This document shows, piece by piece, positions 27,809 through 37,984 of a DNA stretch of 64,000 nucleotides. Position 1 is the first letter of the stretch; every line of letters starts with the position of its first letter. The stretch comes from an uncultured Acidobacteriota bacterium (GTDB lineage Bacteria; Acidobacteriota; Blastocatellia; RBC074): positions 768,001 through 832,000 of the forward strand of contig CAWCKY010000003.1 of NCBI GenBank assembly GCA_963796275.1, read 5' to 3'. Made by a program: the position numbers and the translations under genes. The notes below the pieces were generated by a model. The model saw nothing but the letters and a program-made list of their open reading frames with translations, ran no database searches and was not told the origin of the DNA.

Positions 27809-29587
27809 TCAGGATTTTGCCGTAGAACTGGTTACTACCTGATCAGCCGTTCTTTCTGAGGCATTAAGATGTTCTGGCGTATTCGACCAGCTTTTTGCTT
27901 TCCCGAATACCTTCCTCTTGAATAGGCTATAACGGTAGGTAAACCCGGTCTCCTTGACGGCGCCTAGTAGGGAGTGATTATCAGCCGGTACGCAGATGTA
28001 GGCGTACTTTGCGCCTTGTATCTGGGAAGCATCGCTTAAGATCTGGCAAAGCGAATCTCGCGTTAAACCAGCGTCCCGCGAACAGGTGTAGTAATCCGTC
28101 AACACGGCTGATTCGGGTGGTAAATCTGAAAACCATTCATTATCAATAGCAGGGTTGAGATTTTTGGGAATAGTCAGCCAGGCGAATTGCACCAACCTTT
28201 CGCGTTCAACGCGCGTGTATACGTGATGACCGTTCTCGATGTTCTTCATCGCCTGCTTCAAAAATTTATTTACCGGCGGCTGCCATGCTTCCATCGGCCG
28301 GTAAACCATCAGGTCGGGAAGATGGTCTCTGTTCATCGTCCGCGAATCGTATGAACAGGTTGTTTGACCCAGATCGAAAATATATATCAACAACTCCTCG
28401 GTGTGCCAGATGCTCCTTTTTATTATCCGTCCGATCTCCGCGAGCAGGCTGGTGAACTTCAAATGCGATAATTTTTCCCGATGATCCAGAAGCGTCGATT
28501 GCGCATTTCTCGCTTGCGCGGGAAGAATGTTTATTGTTGAAGCGAGGTATTTGATCGATTCGCTGATCTTCCTCCGAATCCTATAACGCAAGGATTGTGC
28601 GCGATTGAAGAATATATTCAACACATAGGCATGGTCGTAATCTGTCGCATATCGATCTTTATACTCGCCGCCTGGCGTCAGGTCGAAAATGGGAATTCCT
28701 TTTTTGGCTAGTTCGACGCCGAGCATCAAAAGATGGAGCGTTCCGGGTGAATATTTTGAATAGAATGGAGAATGCGTGATCAAACCCAGTAGGACTTGAT
28801 CCCGGTTATGCATGTGTATTTGCCCAGACACAAACTTATCGCCGACGCGCAGAACGGTGACGTTGAGAATGCCGGGCAATCTCAAGAGATTTGTCAAGAA
28901 CGTCTTTTTAAGCTGGTCGTGTTCGTTCTCGGTTATTTTATAGATCGCGCGCAGTCGAAAATTCTGGCAACAGATTATCTCATCTACGATCTCCTGAAAC
29001 TCCTCGGGGTCCTCGATCCGGTCGAACCGGAGCTCGCCCGTTCGTTTGAGCCGGTTGATCTTATTCTGATTCCTCTTTCTTAAGGAGTCTTTGAAAATGC
29101 TGCCGTCGCCGACCGCCATCAGACCGCGCGGGATCGTTCTCAGATGGCAGTTCCCGCTAAAGCGATTGCCAGGATTGGTCCATTCAACCGGCAAAGCTGG
29201 GTGGGCGAATAATAACGTGAGTTTTTGATTGGGGAACTTCTCGCGGAGCTTCTCGATAGCTGTTTCTATGAATTCATTGCCGTACTGGGGATCGGCCAGC
29301 CACCCCCCATACTCGGTATAGCGGTCGCCAGCCACTACCAGTTCACCGGAATCTTGGCGAGTAGCCAGGGTGAAGAGCCCTGCTATCTCAAAATGTTCGT
29401 GCTTACCAGTGACGATGACCGGTGTATATTGATTCCGGTAAGTGGAATACCATGTCGTAACGAAATCCAGTTCCTGAAATACCGACGCCCATGGGCATGC
29501 CTCAGCTAACCTTCTCCAACTTTCGCAGAATTCTATATTATCTAATAGTTTTTCTGCCTCTGTACCTATAAAAACATCAACCTTCAT
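27809..29587 (-). CDS. CelD/BcsL-type GNAT with an additional C-terminal GNAT-like domain
   Basis: WRRLAEACPWASVFQ..W, KYSPGTLHL and FDLTPGGEYKDRYA; C-terminal VPADNHSLLGAVKETGF. Confidence 0.85.
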   Translation of the reverse strand: MKVDVFIGTEAEKLLDNIEFCESWRRLAEACPWASVFQELDFVTTWYSTYRNQYTPVIVTGKHEHFEIAGLFTLATRQDSGELVVAGDRYTEYGGWLADPQYGNEFIETAIEKLREKFPNQKLTLLFAHPALPVEWTNPGNRFSGNCHLRTIPRGLMAVGDGSIFKDSLRKRNQNKINRLKRTGELRFDRIEDPEEFQEIVDEIICCQNFRLRAIYKITENEHDQLKKTFLTNLLRLPGILNVTVLRVGDKFVSGQIHMHNRDQVLLGLITHSPFYSKYSPGTLHLLMLGVELAKKGIPIFDLTPGGEYKDRYATDYDHAYVLNIFFNRAQSLRYRIRRKISESIKYLASTINILPAQARNAQSTLLDHREKLSHLKFTSLLAEIGRIIKRSIWHTEELLIYIFDLGQTTCSYDSRTMNRDHLPDLMVYRPMEAWQPPVNKFLKQAMKNIENGHHVYTRVERERLVQFAWLTIPKNLNPAIDNEWFSDLPPESAVLTDYYTCSRDAGLTRDSLCQILSDASQIQGAKYAYICVPADNHSLLGAVKETGFTYRYSLFKRKVFGKAKSWSNTPEHLNASERTADQVVTSSTAKS

Positions 29588-29881
29588 ACACAACCTAGTA
29601 CCTCAAGTGAGTGATAAGTAACAAACAGTACTTATACCTGGTTATTACTACAGTGTCGAAGGATATTCAAACTAACAATCTAAAGCTTTAGTAACTAAGG
29701 TTTAGTTATTAATTGTATAGACACAAGAGAACACCGCCAGACGTTGCCAGACTCACACTACATTTACTAATATAACCATCAGTTTCACGCTGTATTGAGA
29801 GCTTGTCGTGAGGCTGTGTACCCCAATCAAAGCTTATTATAGATGCCTTAGATTAGTCAATAGTGTTATTATACTTTTGTT

Positions 29882-30325
29882 ATGGGAAGCTCTGGTTCAT
29901 CGCGACGAATCTGCTTGCTCTATGGGCTGGCGATGCTGATATCACTGATAGGGCTCGGCGATGCCGTTTATCTGACCGTGCATCACTTGACTGGTCAAAG
30001 CGTCAGATGCGCGGTTTCAAGCGGCTGTTCGGCAGTACTTGGTAGCGCCTACGCTAACTTGGCCGGCATTCCCGTCGCGGCTATCGGAGCGGCGGCTTAT
30101 TTCCTGGCCTTCAGTCTTGCGACACTGGCGGCGTTCGGTTACTCCCAGGCGCGGAATTGGTTTGCCCTGGTCATCATTCCGATGCTGATATCGACTCTCT
30201 GGTTGCTTTATCTTCAGGCGTTCGTGCTGCGGGCCTACTGCGACTTCTGCCTTGTATCTGCGGGGATGACGATCTTGCTTACGACTCTGGTTGCGGCCGA
30301 CCGGTTAACCAGCCGGCGCGGATGA
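29882..30325 (+). CDS. Vitamin K epoxide reductase (VKOR) family protein
   Basis: C..GCSAVLGSAYA loop, TM helices and the CDFC redox motif. Confidence 0.92.
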   Translation: MGSSGSSRRICLLYGLAMLISLIGLGDAVYLTVHHLTGQSVRCAVSSGCSAVLGSAYANLAGIPVAAIGAAAYFLAFSLATLAAFGYSQARNWFALVIIPMLISTLWLLYLQAFVLRAYCDFCLVSAGMTILLTTLVAADRLTSRRG

Positions 30326-30454
30326 GCGGTCACAAAAAATTGCGATCGGACATCAAGATAAACGAAAGCGAGGCGTTTTCGAGAAACGCCGGAGTCTTAT
30401 CATATGTCTTATCGTAATTTTGTGATGAAAAGTTGATTCTGGATTGGGCTTCGA

Positions 30455-31099
30455 TCACCCCCCATTCAACCTGCTCCTGATCTCGTTTCTCAAATTATCG
30501 AGTGTAAGAGATTTGAATGGTATCTCGCGACCGTCGATGAACACAGTCGGCGTGCTGTTGACGCCGAGAGTCTGGCCGCGCTGTAAATCTGAGTTGATGA
30601 TCGCGTATGTCCGGGGGTTGGCGGCATCGTTCATAAAACGGGAAACATCGATCCCCAGCTGCCTGGCATAACTGAGAAAGAAAGGTTGCACGTCCACGGC
30701 GCTGCTCCATGCCAGTTGATTTTTATAGATCAGATCGTGCATCTCCCAGAACCGCCCCTGAAAACCGGCAGCCACTGCCGCCTGTGCCGCGGGGTAAGCG
30801 TGCTGGTGGATTTGCTGAAGCGGAAAATGATGGAAGACGAACTTAATGCGATCCCCGAATTCTTCTTTTATCGTTTTCAGTGTCGGATGGAGATTTCCGC
30901 ATGGCGGGCACTGATAGTCTCCAAACTCCTCCAACGTTATCGTACCCGGTGGCTTGCCCGGATCGGCGGGCGTAGTTCCTGGCGTCGGCGGCGGAGTCGC
31001 GGAGGTTTGGGGAGCACTCGATTGATACATTACAGCGCCGACGACGAGCGCCATAATTAGAGCTGCGGCAATTATCGCAAATGGTAGATAGCGTTTCAT
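30455..31099 (-). CDS. DsbA-family thioredoxin-fold protein, membrane anchored
   Basis: EFGDYQCPPC, HFPL, FWEMHD and GVNSTPT. Confidence 0.93.
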   Translation of the reverse strand: MKRYLPFAIIAAALIMALVVGAVMYQSSAPQTSATPPPTPGTTPADPGKPPGTITLEEFGDYQCPPCGNLHPTLKTIKEEFGDRIKFVFHHFPLQQIHQHAYPAAQAAVAAGFQGRFWEMHDLIYKNQLAWSSAVDVQPFFLSYARQLGIDVSRFMNDAANPRTYAIINSDLQRGQTLGVNSTPTVFIDGREIPFKSLTLDNLRNEIRSRLNGG

Positions 31100-31309
31100 A
31101 TAAAAAAACTTTACAACACCGACTGGTGACAGGGCAATTCATAATTATCTTGTTTCTCATATCTGCTTGCTGTAGGCTTCCGCGATATCGAAAGATGGGT
31201 TTTGAGGCAAAGGCGCAACGTAAAAAAAGCGAACACTAGGCTGCCTTGTGACAAAACTAAGCTAAATTCCCCCCAGCGACTATTTTCGTAAGAAAGGAAT
31301 TGATTCAAG

Positions 31310-32257
31310 GTGGGAGAACAAGGTCTATATCTGGTGACCGGCGGCGCCGGTTTTATCGGTTCGCACATTGTCGAGGCTCTGGTGAGACGGGGCGAGCGCG
31401 TTCGCGTGCTGGACAGTCTGATCACAGGCAAACAAGTCAATCTCGCACACTTTGCTTCCAGGATCGAATTTATCGAGGGAGACATCCGGGACATAGAAAC
31501 TACCAGGCGCGCAATGAAGGATGTCGGCATCGTCTTTCATGAAGCCGCGATCCCGTCTGTTCCCCGGTCCGTCCAAGATCCTCTGCTGAACCATGAATCC
31601 AATGTCAATGGGACATTCAATGTCCTGCTGGCGGCGCGTGATGCCGGTGTGCGCCGGCTTGTTTATGCCGCCTCGAGCTCCGCTTATGGCGAAAAGGGCA
31701 CCGGGGCGAAGGTTGAAGATCAGCTCCCTGACCCCCTCTCTCCCTATGCCGTCGCCAAACTGGTCGGCGAATATTATTGTCAGGTCTTCACACACGTCTA
31801 TGGTCTGGAGACGGTCGCGTTGCGGTACTTCAACGTCTTCGGCCCGAGGCAGGACCCATCTTCGCCCTATTCGGGCGTGATCTCGAAGTTCATCACCTCA
31901 CTGCTCGGCGGCGAACCGCCTGTCGTTTTCGGTGACGGAGAGCAATCACGAGATTTCACTTACGTAGCAAACGTCGTCGAGGCAAATCTGCGCGCGGCTG
32001 AAGCTCCGGGTGCAGCGGGACAGGTCATCAATCTCGGCCTCAACCAGCGTACCACGCTCAATCAAGTGCTGGACGAACTGCAGAAGATCATCGGGACCAA
32101 TCTCACCCCACGTTATGAATCTCCTCGGATCGGAGACATCCGGCATTCCCTGGCCGAAACCACGAGAGCTGAAAAATTGCTCGGGTTTAAACCGGTCGTC
32201 GGCCTGACCGAGGGTTTGCGTTATACGGTCGAGTGGTATCGCGAAAATGAGTTGTGA
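31310..32257 (+). CDS. NAD-dependent nucleotide-sugar epimerase/dehydratase (WbpP-like)
   Basis: TGGAGFIGSH, SPYAVAK, LRYFNVFGPRQ and GDGEQSRDF. Confidence 0.93.
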   Translation: MGEQGLYLVTGGAGFIGSHIVEALVRRGERVRVLDSLITGKQVNLAHFASRIEFIEGDIRDIETTRRAMKDVGIVFHEAAIPSVPRSVQDPLLNHESNVNGTFNVLLAARDAGVRRLVYAASSSAYGEKGTGAKVEDQLPDPLSPYAVAKLVGEYYCQVFTHVYGLETVALRYFNVFGPRQDPSSPYSGVISKFITSLLGGEPPVVFGDGEQSRDFTYVANVVEANLRAAEAPGAAGQVINLGLNQRTTLNQVLDELQKIIGTNLTPRYESPRIGDIRHSLAETTRAEKLLGFKPVVGLTEGLRYTVEWYRENEL

Positions 32258-33377
32258 AAATGATCGCGCACAGCGGATTGCTGTTTGCCGATGGTGGATT
32301 GTAGGATTGCTCTTGATGTCAGGACACGCATATAAATTCCGGTCACAGCGCGAAAGGCGAACAGGGAACAACCAGGAAAAAAAGCGTCAAATAGGGCAAA
32401 AAAGCTTGAATCTTTGCCTCATTTGTCTTTTTTTGCCATTTTTATTTCCCGTCCAGATTTATGGCGGCATAAGGGCGGTGGCGCAAAAGCAACGCGTGAG
32501 TTATGGCCCCATCGTGACCGCTTATCTGACCGGCTTGGCTGAGGAGTTGAATGAGCTCGATTTTCAACTGAGACATCGGGAAATCAGCCGCTCATATCAT
32601 GACCGGTCCAAGCGACGATTGGTGATTCTGCGCCGATATACCGAGCGTCTCGCCGCACTAAGCATAGAAGACCGGGTGCCTGAACTTCAGATACTTGCAG
32701 ATGAAGAGTTGGGGATGATGGGACCGAACGCCAAACGGAATCCGGGCGAATTGCAGGTGGGCGACTATTTCGAGAGCGAATGGAAGATTCTCGGGATCGA
32801 ACGCGGGCGGATTCGTTTTTTCGTCTTCGGCAGAAACGCGCAACCGGAGCGAGCATACGCGATGACGGATCGTATGATGAACAGAAAGATCGATCCGCAA
32901 GAGGTAATCGAGACGATCGTAATCCAGGAACCGCAATTGCCCCAGGCTGGGCGGCAACCGCAGCCGGAACCCCGGTCGAGCGCTGCACAGGCAATCGACC
33001 AGGAAAAGACGCTTGCGCTGGCAAGTAAAGGCGAGACGATCGGACAAACGCGCCTGCAGACTCTCCGTGTAATCTACATATACCTGCCTCAATACACGGA
33101 TAAAGCCCGTAATAGAAGTATCGAAGGAGATCTGGTCCTACACGCTTTATTTCAAAGCGACGGAAGTATCAGCGAGGTCAAGGTTGAAAAAGGGCTGGGG
33201 TACGGTCTGGATCAAAGGGCGGTCGACGCCGTCAAGCGGATAGGATTTATCCCCGCGCAACTGGATGGTAAGGCTGTCGATGCTCACGCGCAAATAGTCT
33301 ACACTTTTAAAATCGAGAAAGTCACTTTCAACCTCAACCTGGAAGGGAAATCATCGACGCCGGACGTCAAGCCGTGA
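32247..33377 (+). CDS. Protein with C-terminal TonB domain (start uncertain)
   Basis: PQYTDKARNRSIEG..V..KGLGYGLDQRAVDAVKRIGFIPAQLDGKAV; Pro/Gln linker. Confidence 0.75.
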   Translation: MSCENDRAQRIAVCRWWIVGLLLMSGHAYKFRSQRERRTGNNQEKKRQIGQKSLNLCLICLFLPFLFPVQIYGGIRAVAQKQRVSYGPIVTAYLTGLAEELNELDFQLRHREISRSYHDRSKRRLVILRRYTERLAALSIEDRVPELQILADEELGMMGPNAKRNPGELQVGDYFESEWKILGIERGRIRFFVFGRNAQPERAYAMTDRMMNRKIDPQEVIETIVIQEPQLPQAGRQPQPEPRSSAAQAIDQEKTLALASKGETIGQTRLQTLRVIYIYLPQYTDKARNRSIEGDLVLHALFQSDGSISEVKVEKGLGYGLDQRAVDAVKRIGFIPAQLDGKAVDAHAQIVYTFKIEKVTFNLNLEGKSSTPDVKP

Positions 33378-34276
33378 ATATAGGGGATGCCGGCATGAGA
33401 GGTCTGTTCAAAAATTTGCCAAGGATTTGCCGGGAGCGGCAGTGGACGAGGCGTGATGTGATCAAAGTTTCTCTCGGCTCGGCCGCCGCTTTCGGGGCCG
33501 GTAGTCTTGCTTACGGGGCGCTGGTCAGAAAAAATGTCGAGGTTTCACGCGTCGAAGTGAGAGTTACAAATCTTCCCGGCGCATTCAATGGCCTGACTAT
33601 TGCCCAATTGAGCGATATCCACCATGGACCGTATACAGCGCTCGATTACATCGGCCACTGCGTCGAGCTCGTCAATGGATTGAATCCTGACGTGATCACG
33701 CTCACTGGCGACTTCACATTTGGGGGAAAAAGATACATCGAGCCATGCGTCGAGGCGCTCAAAACACTGAAGGCCCGCGTCGGAGTCTATGCCGTCCTGG
33801 GCAACCATGATTACTATGTGGGTGCCGGAAATGTCGCGCGCGCTTTGAAAGGCCGCGGATTCAACCTGCTCATCGATGCGAAGGACCGAATCGAAATGGG
33901 CGGGGCGAAATTGTGGTTGCTTGGAGTGGACGATCTGCTCTACGGCCGGACCGATGTCAACCGATTGATGCGAGGACTGCCCGATGATGAACCAAGGATC
34001 GCGTTCTCGCATAATCCCGATTTCATCGAGGAGTTCGCGATCAAGAAGAAACATATCGATCTGATGATCTCGGGACACACGCATGGCGGTCAGATCCGTT
34101 TTCCCATTATCGGCGCGCCGCACATTTCGTCCGCATACGGCCAGCGGTATGCCATCGGGTTGAACAGGAAGGGGGCGATGCAGGTCTACACGACGCGCGG
34201 CATCGGAACGATCTTGTTACCCGCGCGCTTGAACTGTCCTCCGGAACTCGTTTTATTCACCCTGAAGGCGGCATAA
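33374..34276 (+). CDS. YkuE-like metallophosphoesterase with Tat-like signal
   Basis: TRRDVIK, LSDIH, LTGDF, LGNHD, SHNPD and SGHTHGGQ. Confidence 0.93.
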   Translation: MNIGDAGMRGLFKNLPRICRERQWTRRDVIKVSLGSAAAFGAGSLAYGALVRKNVEVSRVEVRVTNLPGAFNGLTIAQLSDIHHGPYTALDYIGHCVELVNGLNPDVITLTGDFTFGGKRYIEPCVEALKTLKARVGVYAVLGNHDYYVGAGNVARALKGRGFNLLIDAKDRIEMGGAKLWLLGVDDLLYGRTDVNRLMRGLPDDEPRIAFSHNPDFIEEFAIKKKHIDLMISGHTHGGQIRFPIIGAPHISSAYGQRYAIGLNRKGAMQVYTTRGIGTILLPARLNCPPELVLFTLKAA

Positions 34277-34395
34277 GCGGGTTCAGTTTTCAATTTCGAG
34301 TATACGGATGTAAGAATGTATCTGAAGTCTTAAATTGAAAAAGCTGTAGACTGAAATCCATTCTGAGAAGTTCTGAGAATATCTGGGAAGAAAAG

Positions 34396-34731
34396 ATGGG
34401 TCTATTAACGCAAAACGAAGTTTACGAAGAGATCGCCAATGCTCAATCCGAAGGTCGCAAGATTGCGGTCGCTACGATCGTAACCACCTCCGGGTCGACG
34501 CCGCAGCGTACTGGCGCAAAACTGCTGGTCTTCGAAGATGGGAAGATGAAGGGGACCGTCGGTGGCGGTTGTGTGGAGGCAGACGTCTGGGCGGAGGCGC
34601 GCGAAGCGCTGATTCAAGCGAAGCCTCGGCTGTCACGGTTCACCTTACGCGATGCGCCGGATGTGCCGCCGGATGAAGAAGGGATGATCTGCGGCGGCGA
34701 TATGGAAGTGTTCATCGAGGTTTGGGTTTAG
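34396..34731 (+). CDS. XdhC/CoxI-family protein (stand-alone domain)
   Basis: GSTPQRTGAK, GTVGGGCVE and MICGGDMEVFIE. Confidence 0.9.
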   Translation: MGLLTQNEVYEEIANAQSEGRKIAVATIVTTSGSTPQRTGAKLLVFEDGKMKGTVGGGCVEADVWAEAREALIQAKPRLSRFTLRDAPDVPPDEEGMICGGDMEVFIEVWV

Positions 34732-34733
34732 TT

Positions 34734-35585
34734 ATGTTGACGGCAGCCGAAATTTCATCTGCGCTCAAGCGATCTCTTGATGAAGGACATTCACTCGCCA
34801 TCATCACTCTGATGGAGGGGGAGGCAGCGTCTGCTCGGCGGAATGCGCGCCTGCTGGTAGAGGAAGGGGGCGAAATCAGGGGCGGGACGCTGGGCGACCG
34901 GGAGCTGGACCAAATAGCGGCGCGCCACGCGCACGAGCTGATTGGCGACGAAAAAGAGGAGATAAGCGTCGCCAAATGCAGCGATTTGATCGCACGGTTT
35001 TCGCAAGAATATGATGGCGACGTGCTCAAGCGTTTGGTCGGCGGCGATCGCCTGCTCTTTGAGATTTCACGGCCGCCGCTCGAATTGATCGTATGCGGCG
35101 GCGGTCACGTCGGACAGGCAGTCGCCAGGGCCGCTCGGTTTCTGGGGTTCAACGTGACGGTGATCGACGATCGGGCAGAATTCGCTTCGCGCGAGAAGTT
35201 TCCTGACCCGACCATACGATTGATCGCTGACGATTTTATCGCCGGGCTCCGCTCGTTGAAGATAACGCCTGCCGCACATCTCGTCATCGTCACGCGCGGG
35301 CACAAGCATGACGAAATCTGTCTCAGGGAAGTGATCGGCAAACCTGCGCGATATATCGGCATGATCGGCAGCCGCCGGCGCACGACGACCATCCGTGAGC
35401 ATCTGCGCCGCGAGGGTATGGCGGCCGAGCTATTGCGCGGCATTCGCTCGCCCATCGGATTGGATATCGGTGCGCAGACTCCCGAAGAGATTGCCATCTC
35501 AATACTGGGCGAGATCGTGCTGGTGCGACGTGGCGGAAGCGGAAAACCGAAAAGCGAGGAAGGCCCGATGGCTCGCGTGCGTTGA
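34734..35585 (+). CDS. XdhC-family protein (degenerate CoxI domain plus Rossmann domain)
   Basis: GGGHVG, DDRAEF, VTRGHKHD, YIGMIGS and PIGLDIGAQTPEEIA. Confidence 0.92.
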   Translation: MLTAAEISSALKRSLDEGHSLAIITLMEGEAASARRNARLLVEEGGEIRGGTLGDRELDQIAARHAHELIGDEKEEISVAKCSDLIARFSQEYDGDVLKRLVGGDRLLFEISRPPLELIVCGGGHVGQAVARAARFLGFNVTVIDDRAEFASREKFPDPTIRLIADDFIAGLRSLKITPAAHLVIVTRGHKHDEICLREVIGKPARYIGMIGSRRRTTTIREHLRREGMAAELLRGIRSPIGLDIGAQTPEEIAISILGEIVLVRRGGSGKPKSEEGPMARVR

Positions 35586-35842
35586 CCGCAGATTACTGCT
35601 TAGGATCCGCGCCGAACAGGCGAAAACTCAGAAATCAAATCTTTCGTGTGTTGTTGCACTTTGGCGACTTGCGCGGGCGCGCATCTTAATCATAATCCGT
35701 CATTAGTAGGCCGCAATCAACTGGCAACGAAATAGGGTTTCGGTTAGTATTGGTATGGTTCATCACACTTATTCAAGTGGTTGAACGGTTTGAACATAAT
35801 GAGTAACAAAAAAATTGAAAAGAGAGAGAGGCGATTCGGTAA

Positions 35843-36190
35843 ATGGACAACAATATCCAAAACTCCCAAAACGTACAGGACGGGTTCTTGAATAACCTGC
35901 GCAAAGATCGCGTCAATGTGACGATCTACTTGATGGGAGGCGTAAAACTAACGGGCAAGATTCGCAGCTTCGATAAATTCTCCCTCGTGCTTGAATCGGG
36001 GAATCTTGAACAATTGATATTCAAGCATGCGATCTCGACGATCTCCGTGCCACGAGGAAGTTTCCATCACGCGCGACCCGAGAGTCACCAACAACAGTCG
36101 CAACAGCCGGCATCACCTGCTCCTGCATCGCCGGCAACGCCGACCTCGACTGTCGGAGGGGGTTCTTCATCGGCCATTTCGGGGAGCTAG
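35843..36190 (+). CDS. hfq: RNA chaperone Hfq
   Basis: [23 protein letters not shown] and [11 protein letters not shown]; low-complexity C-terminal tail. Confidence 0.97.
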   Translation: MDNNIQNSQNVQDGFLNNLRKDRVNVTIYLMGGVKLTGKIRSFDKFSLVLESGNLEQLIFKHAISTISVPRGSFHHARPESHQQQSQQPASPAPASPATPTSTVGGGSSSAISGS

Positions 36191-36229
36191 GCGGATAATT
36201 TGAACGGGTTCCCGGCGGGAAGTATTCCG

Positions 36230-36268
36230 AGAGCTTCAGTCAGATCAATCCAGTCTGGCTGAAGCTCT
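36230..36268 (+). terminator. Stem-loop after hfq
   Basis: AGAGCTTCAGTCAGA/TCTGGCTGAAGCTCT followed by a T-rich run. Confidence 0.55.
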
Positions 36269-36279
36269 TGTTATGTAGG

Positions 36280-36942
36280 ATGAAACGCGGCAAGCTGATC
36301 ACATTCGAAGGCATCGACGGTTGCGGAAAATCAACGCAAATCCGATTGCTCGGGCAATATCTGAACGAGCGCGCGCTTGACTTCATTGCGACTTGCGAGC
36401 CGGGTGGAACCGAGCTGGGCAGGGAGATTCGTTCGGCATTGCTCGATGGAGCTCAAGGTTCAGTCGAGCCGTCAGCTGAGCTTCTTCTTTATGCCGCCGA
36501 TCGCGCCCAGCACGTGCGCCGAGTAGTTCACCCCGCGCTCGATGCCGGCGTCATGGTACTGAGCGACCGCTTTTACGATGCGACCACTGTCTATCAGGGC
36601 TACGTGCGCGGTTTCGATTTGGGGTTTGTCCGCCAGTTGAACGAATTTGCAGCCGGCGGCCTAAAACCCGATTTGACGCTGCTCTTCGACCTGGATGTCG
36701 AAGATGGGATCCGCCGTACGCAAAAACGAGTCGATGAAACGAAGGGCGCAGGTACGCCGGACCGCTTGGACCGCGAGCCCCCGGAATTTCACAGGCGCGT
36801 GCGCCATGCCTACCTCGAGATAGCTGCGCTGGAACCGCAGCGGTTCCGCGTCATCCCAGCCGGCGGATCGATAGAAGCGACATACGAATTGATGATCAGG
36901 GAATATGTCATTCACGAAACTCATCGGCAACGAGCGCAATAA
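36280..36942 (+). CDS. tmk: Thymidylate kinase
   Basis: TFEGIDGCGKST, EPGGT, DRAQH, SDRF and YQG. Confidence 0.96.
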   Translation: MKRGKLITFEGIDGCGKSTQIRLLGQYLNERALDFIATCEPGGTELGREIRSALLDGAQGSVEPSAELLLYAADRAQHVRRVVHPALDAGVMVLSDRFYDATTVYQGYVRGFDLGFVRQLNEFAAGGLKPDLTLLFDLDVEDGIRRTQKRVDETKGAGTPDRLDREPPEFHRRVRHAYLEIAALEPQRFRVIPAGGSIEATYELMIREYVIHETHRQRAQ

Positions 36943-37894
36943 ACAGATTCTGCAGCGGCTGCTCGGCCGCGGAAGCATTGCGTCGACTTTGATCTTTTCA
37001 GGGCCTGAGGGAGTCGGGAAACGCCAATTCGCGCTAACTATGGCTAAGGCCGCAAACTGTCAGAATGCGCCAGCCGGCCGGTTCGCGATCGACAGTTGCG
37101 ATACGTGTTCGGCGTGCCGCCGCATCGATGAGGCGACTTATGGCGATGTGATCACAGTTGAGCCCGACGGCCAATCGATCAAGATCGCTCAGACGCGCGC
37201 GCTGACATCGGAGGTCTACTATCGGCCGCGCGAAGGGCGACAGCGGTTTTTCATCATCGATGAAGCCGACCGTTTGCGCGATGAATCCGCCAATTCGATA
37301 CTCAAAACCCTCGAAGAACCGCCGCCGACATCGACCATCATCCTGCTCACTTCGCGGCCCGATGCCTTGTTGTCGACTATCCGGTCGAGAGCGCAAAGAT
37401 TGACGTTCATTCCGCTCACGGTTGCCGAGATTGAGAACTATCTCAAGCAAAACTATGCGCGTCCGGCGGATGAAACGAAACTGCTCGCACGTTTGACCGA
37501 GGGCCGCATCGGTCAGGCCACCGCATTCGATCTGTCTGTTTATCGACAGGAGCGCCGCGCATTGCTGGGGATGATCGAACTGATGATAGCGGGCGAAGAT
37601 CTTTTTCGTCTGCTCAAGGCCGCGGAGTATTTAGGCAAGAAGGAGAAAGACGATTTCGAGAAGGCGCTTGATTTACTGGCGTCACTATTGCGGGATATGT
37701 TCCTGCTGGCGGCTGGCGGTTCGCGTGACGCGATAACGAATATCGATGCCGCCGACCGGTTGGAGGAACTCGCGCCGAAGATCGAACTGAAGCGGCTGAT
37801 CGGCTGGGTCGCAAAATTCGACGAGCTGCGCGCAAAGATGAAGATCAACATCAATCGGCAGATCGCCACTGAAGCGCTGCTGCTTGAGTCGTGA
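36905..37894 (+). CDS. holB: DNA polymerase III delta-prime subunit
   Basis: GPEGVGK, Zn-binding cysteines, IIDEAD, NSILKTLEEP and TIRSRA; follows tmk. Confidence 0.93.
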   Translation: MSFTKLIGNERNKQILQRLLGRGSIASTLIFSGPEGVGKRQFALTMAKAANCQNAPAGRFAIDSCDTCSACRRIDEATYGDVITVEPDGQSIKIAQTRALTSEVYYRPREGRQRFFIIDEADRLRDESANSILKTLEEPPPTSTIILLTSRPDALLSTIRSRAQRLTFIPLTVAEIENYLKQNYARPADETKLLARLTEGRIGQATAFDLSVYRQERRALLGMIELMIAGEDLFRLLKAAEYLGKKEKDDFEKALDLLASLLRDMFLLAAGGSRDAITNIDAADRLEELAPKIELKRLIGWVAKFDELRAKMKININRQIATEALLLES

Positions 37895-37984
37895 GGAAGT
37901 ACGAAACTCATAAAATTGCCAAAAATCCGCAAAAATTAAGCGAACCTGCGGAGTGAAATGCCACGGTATTTATCGGCCGGCTCC

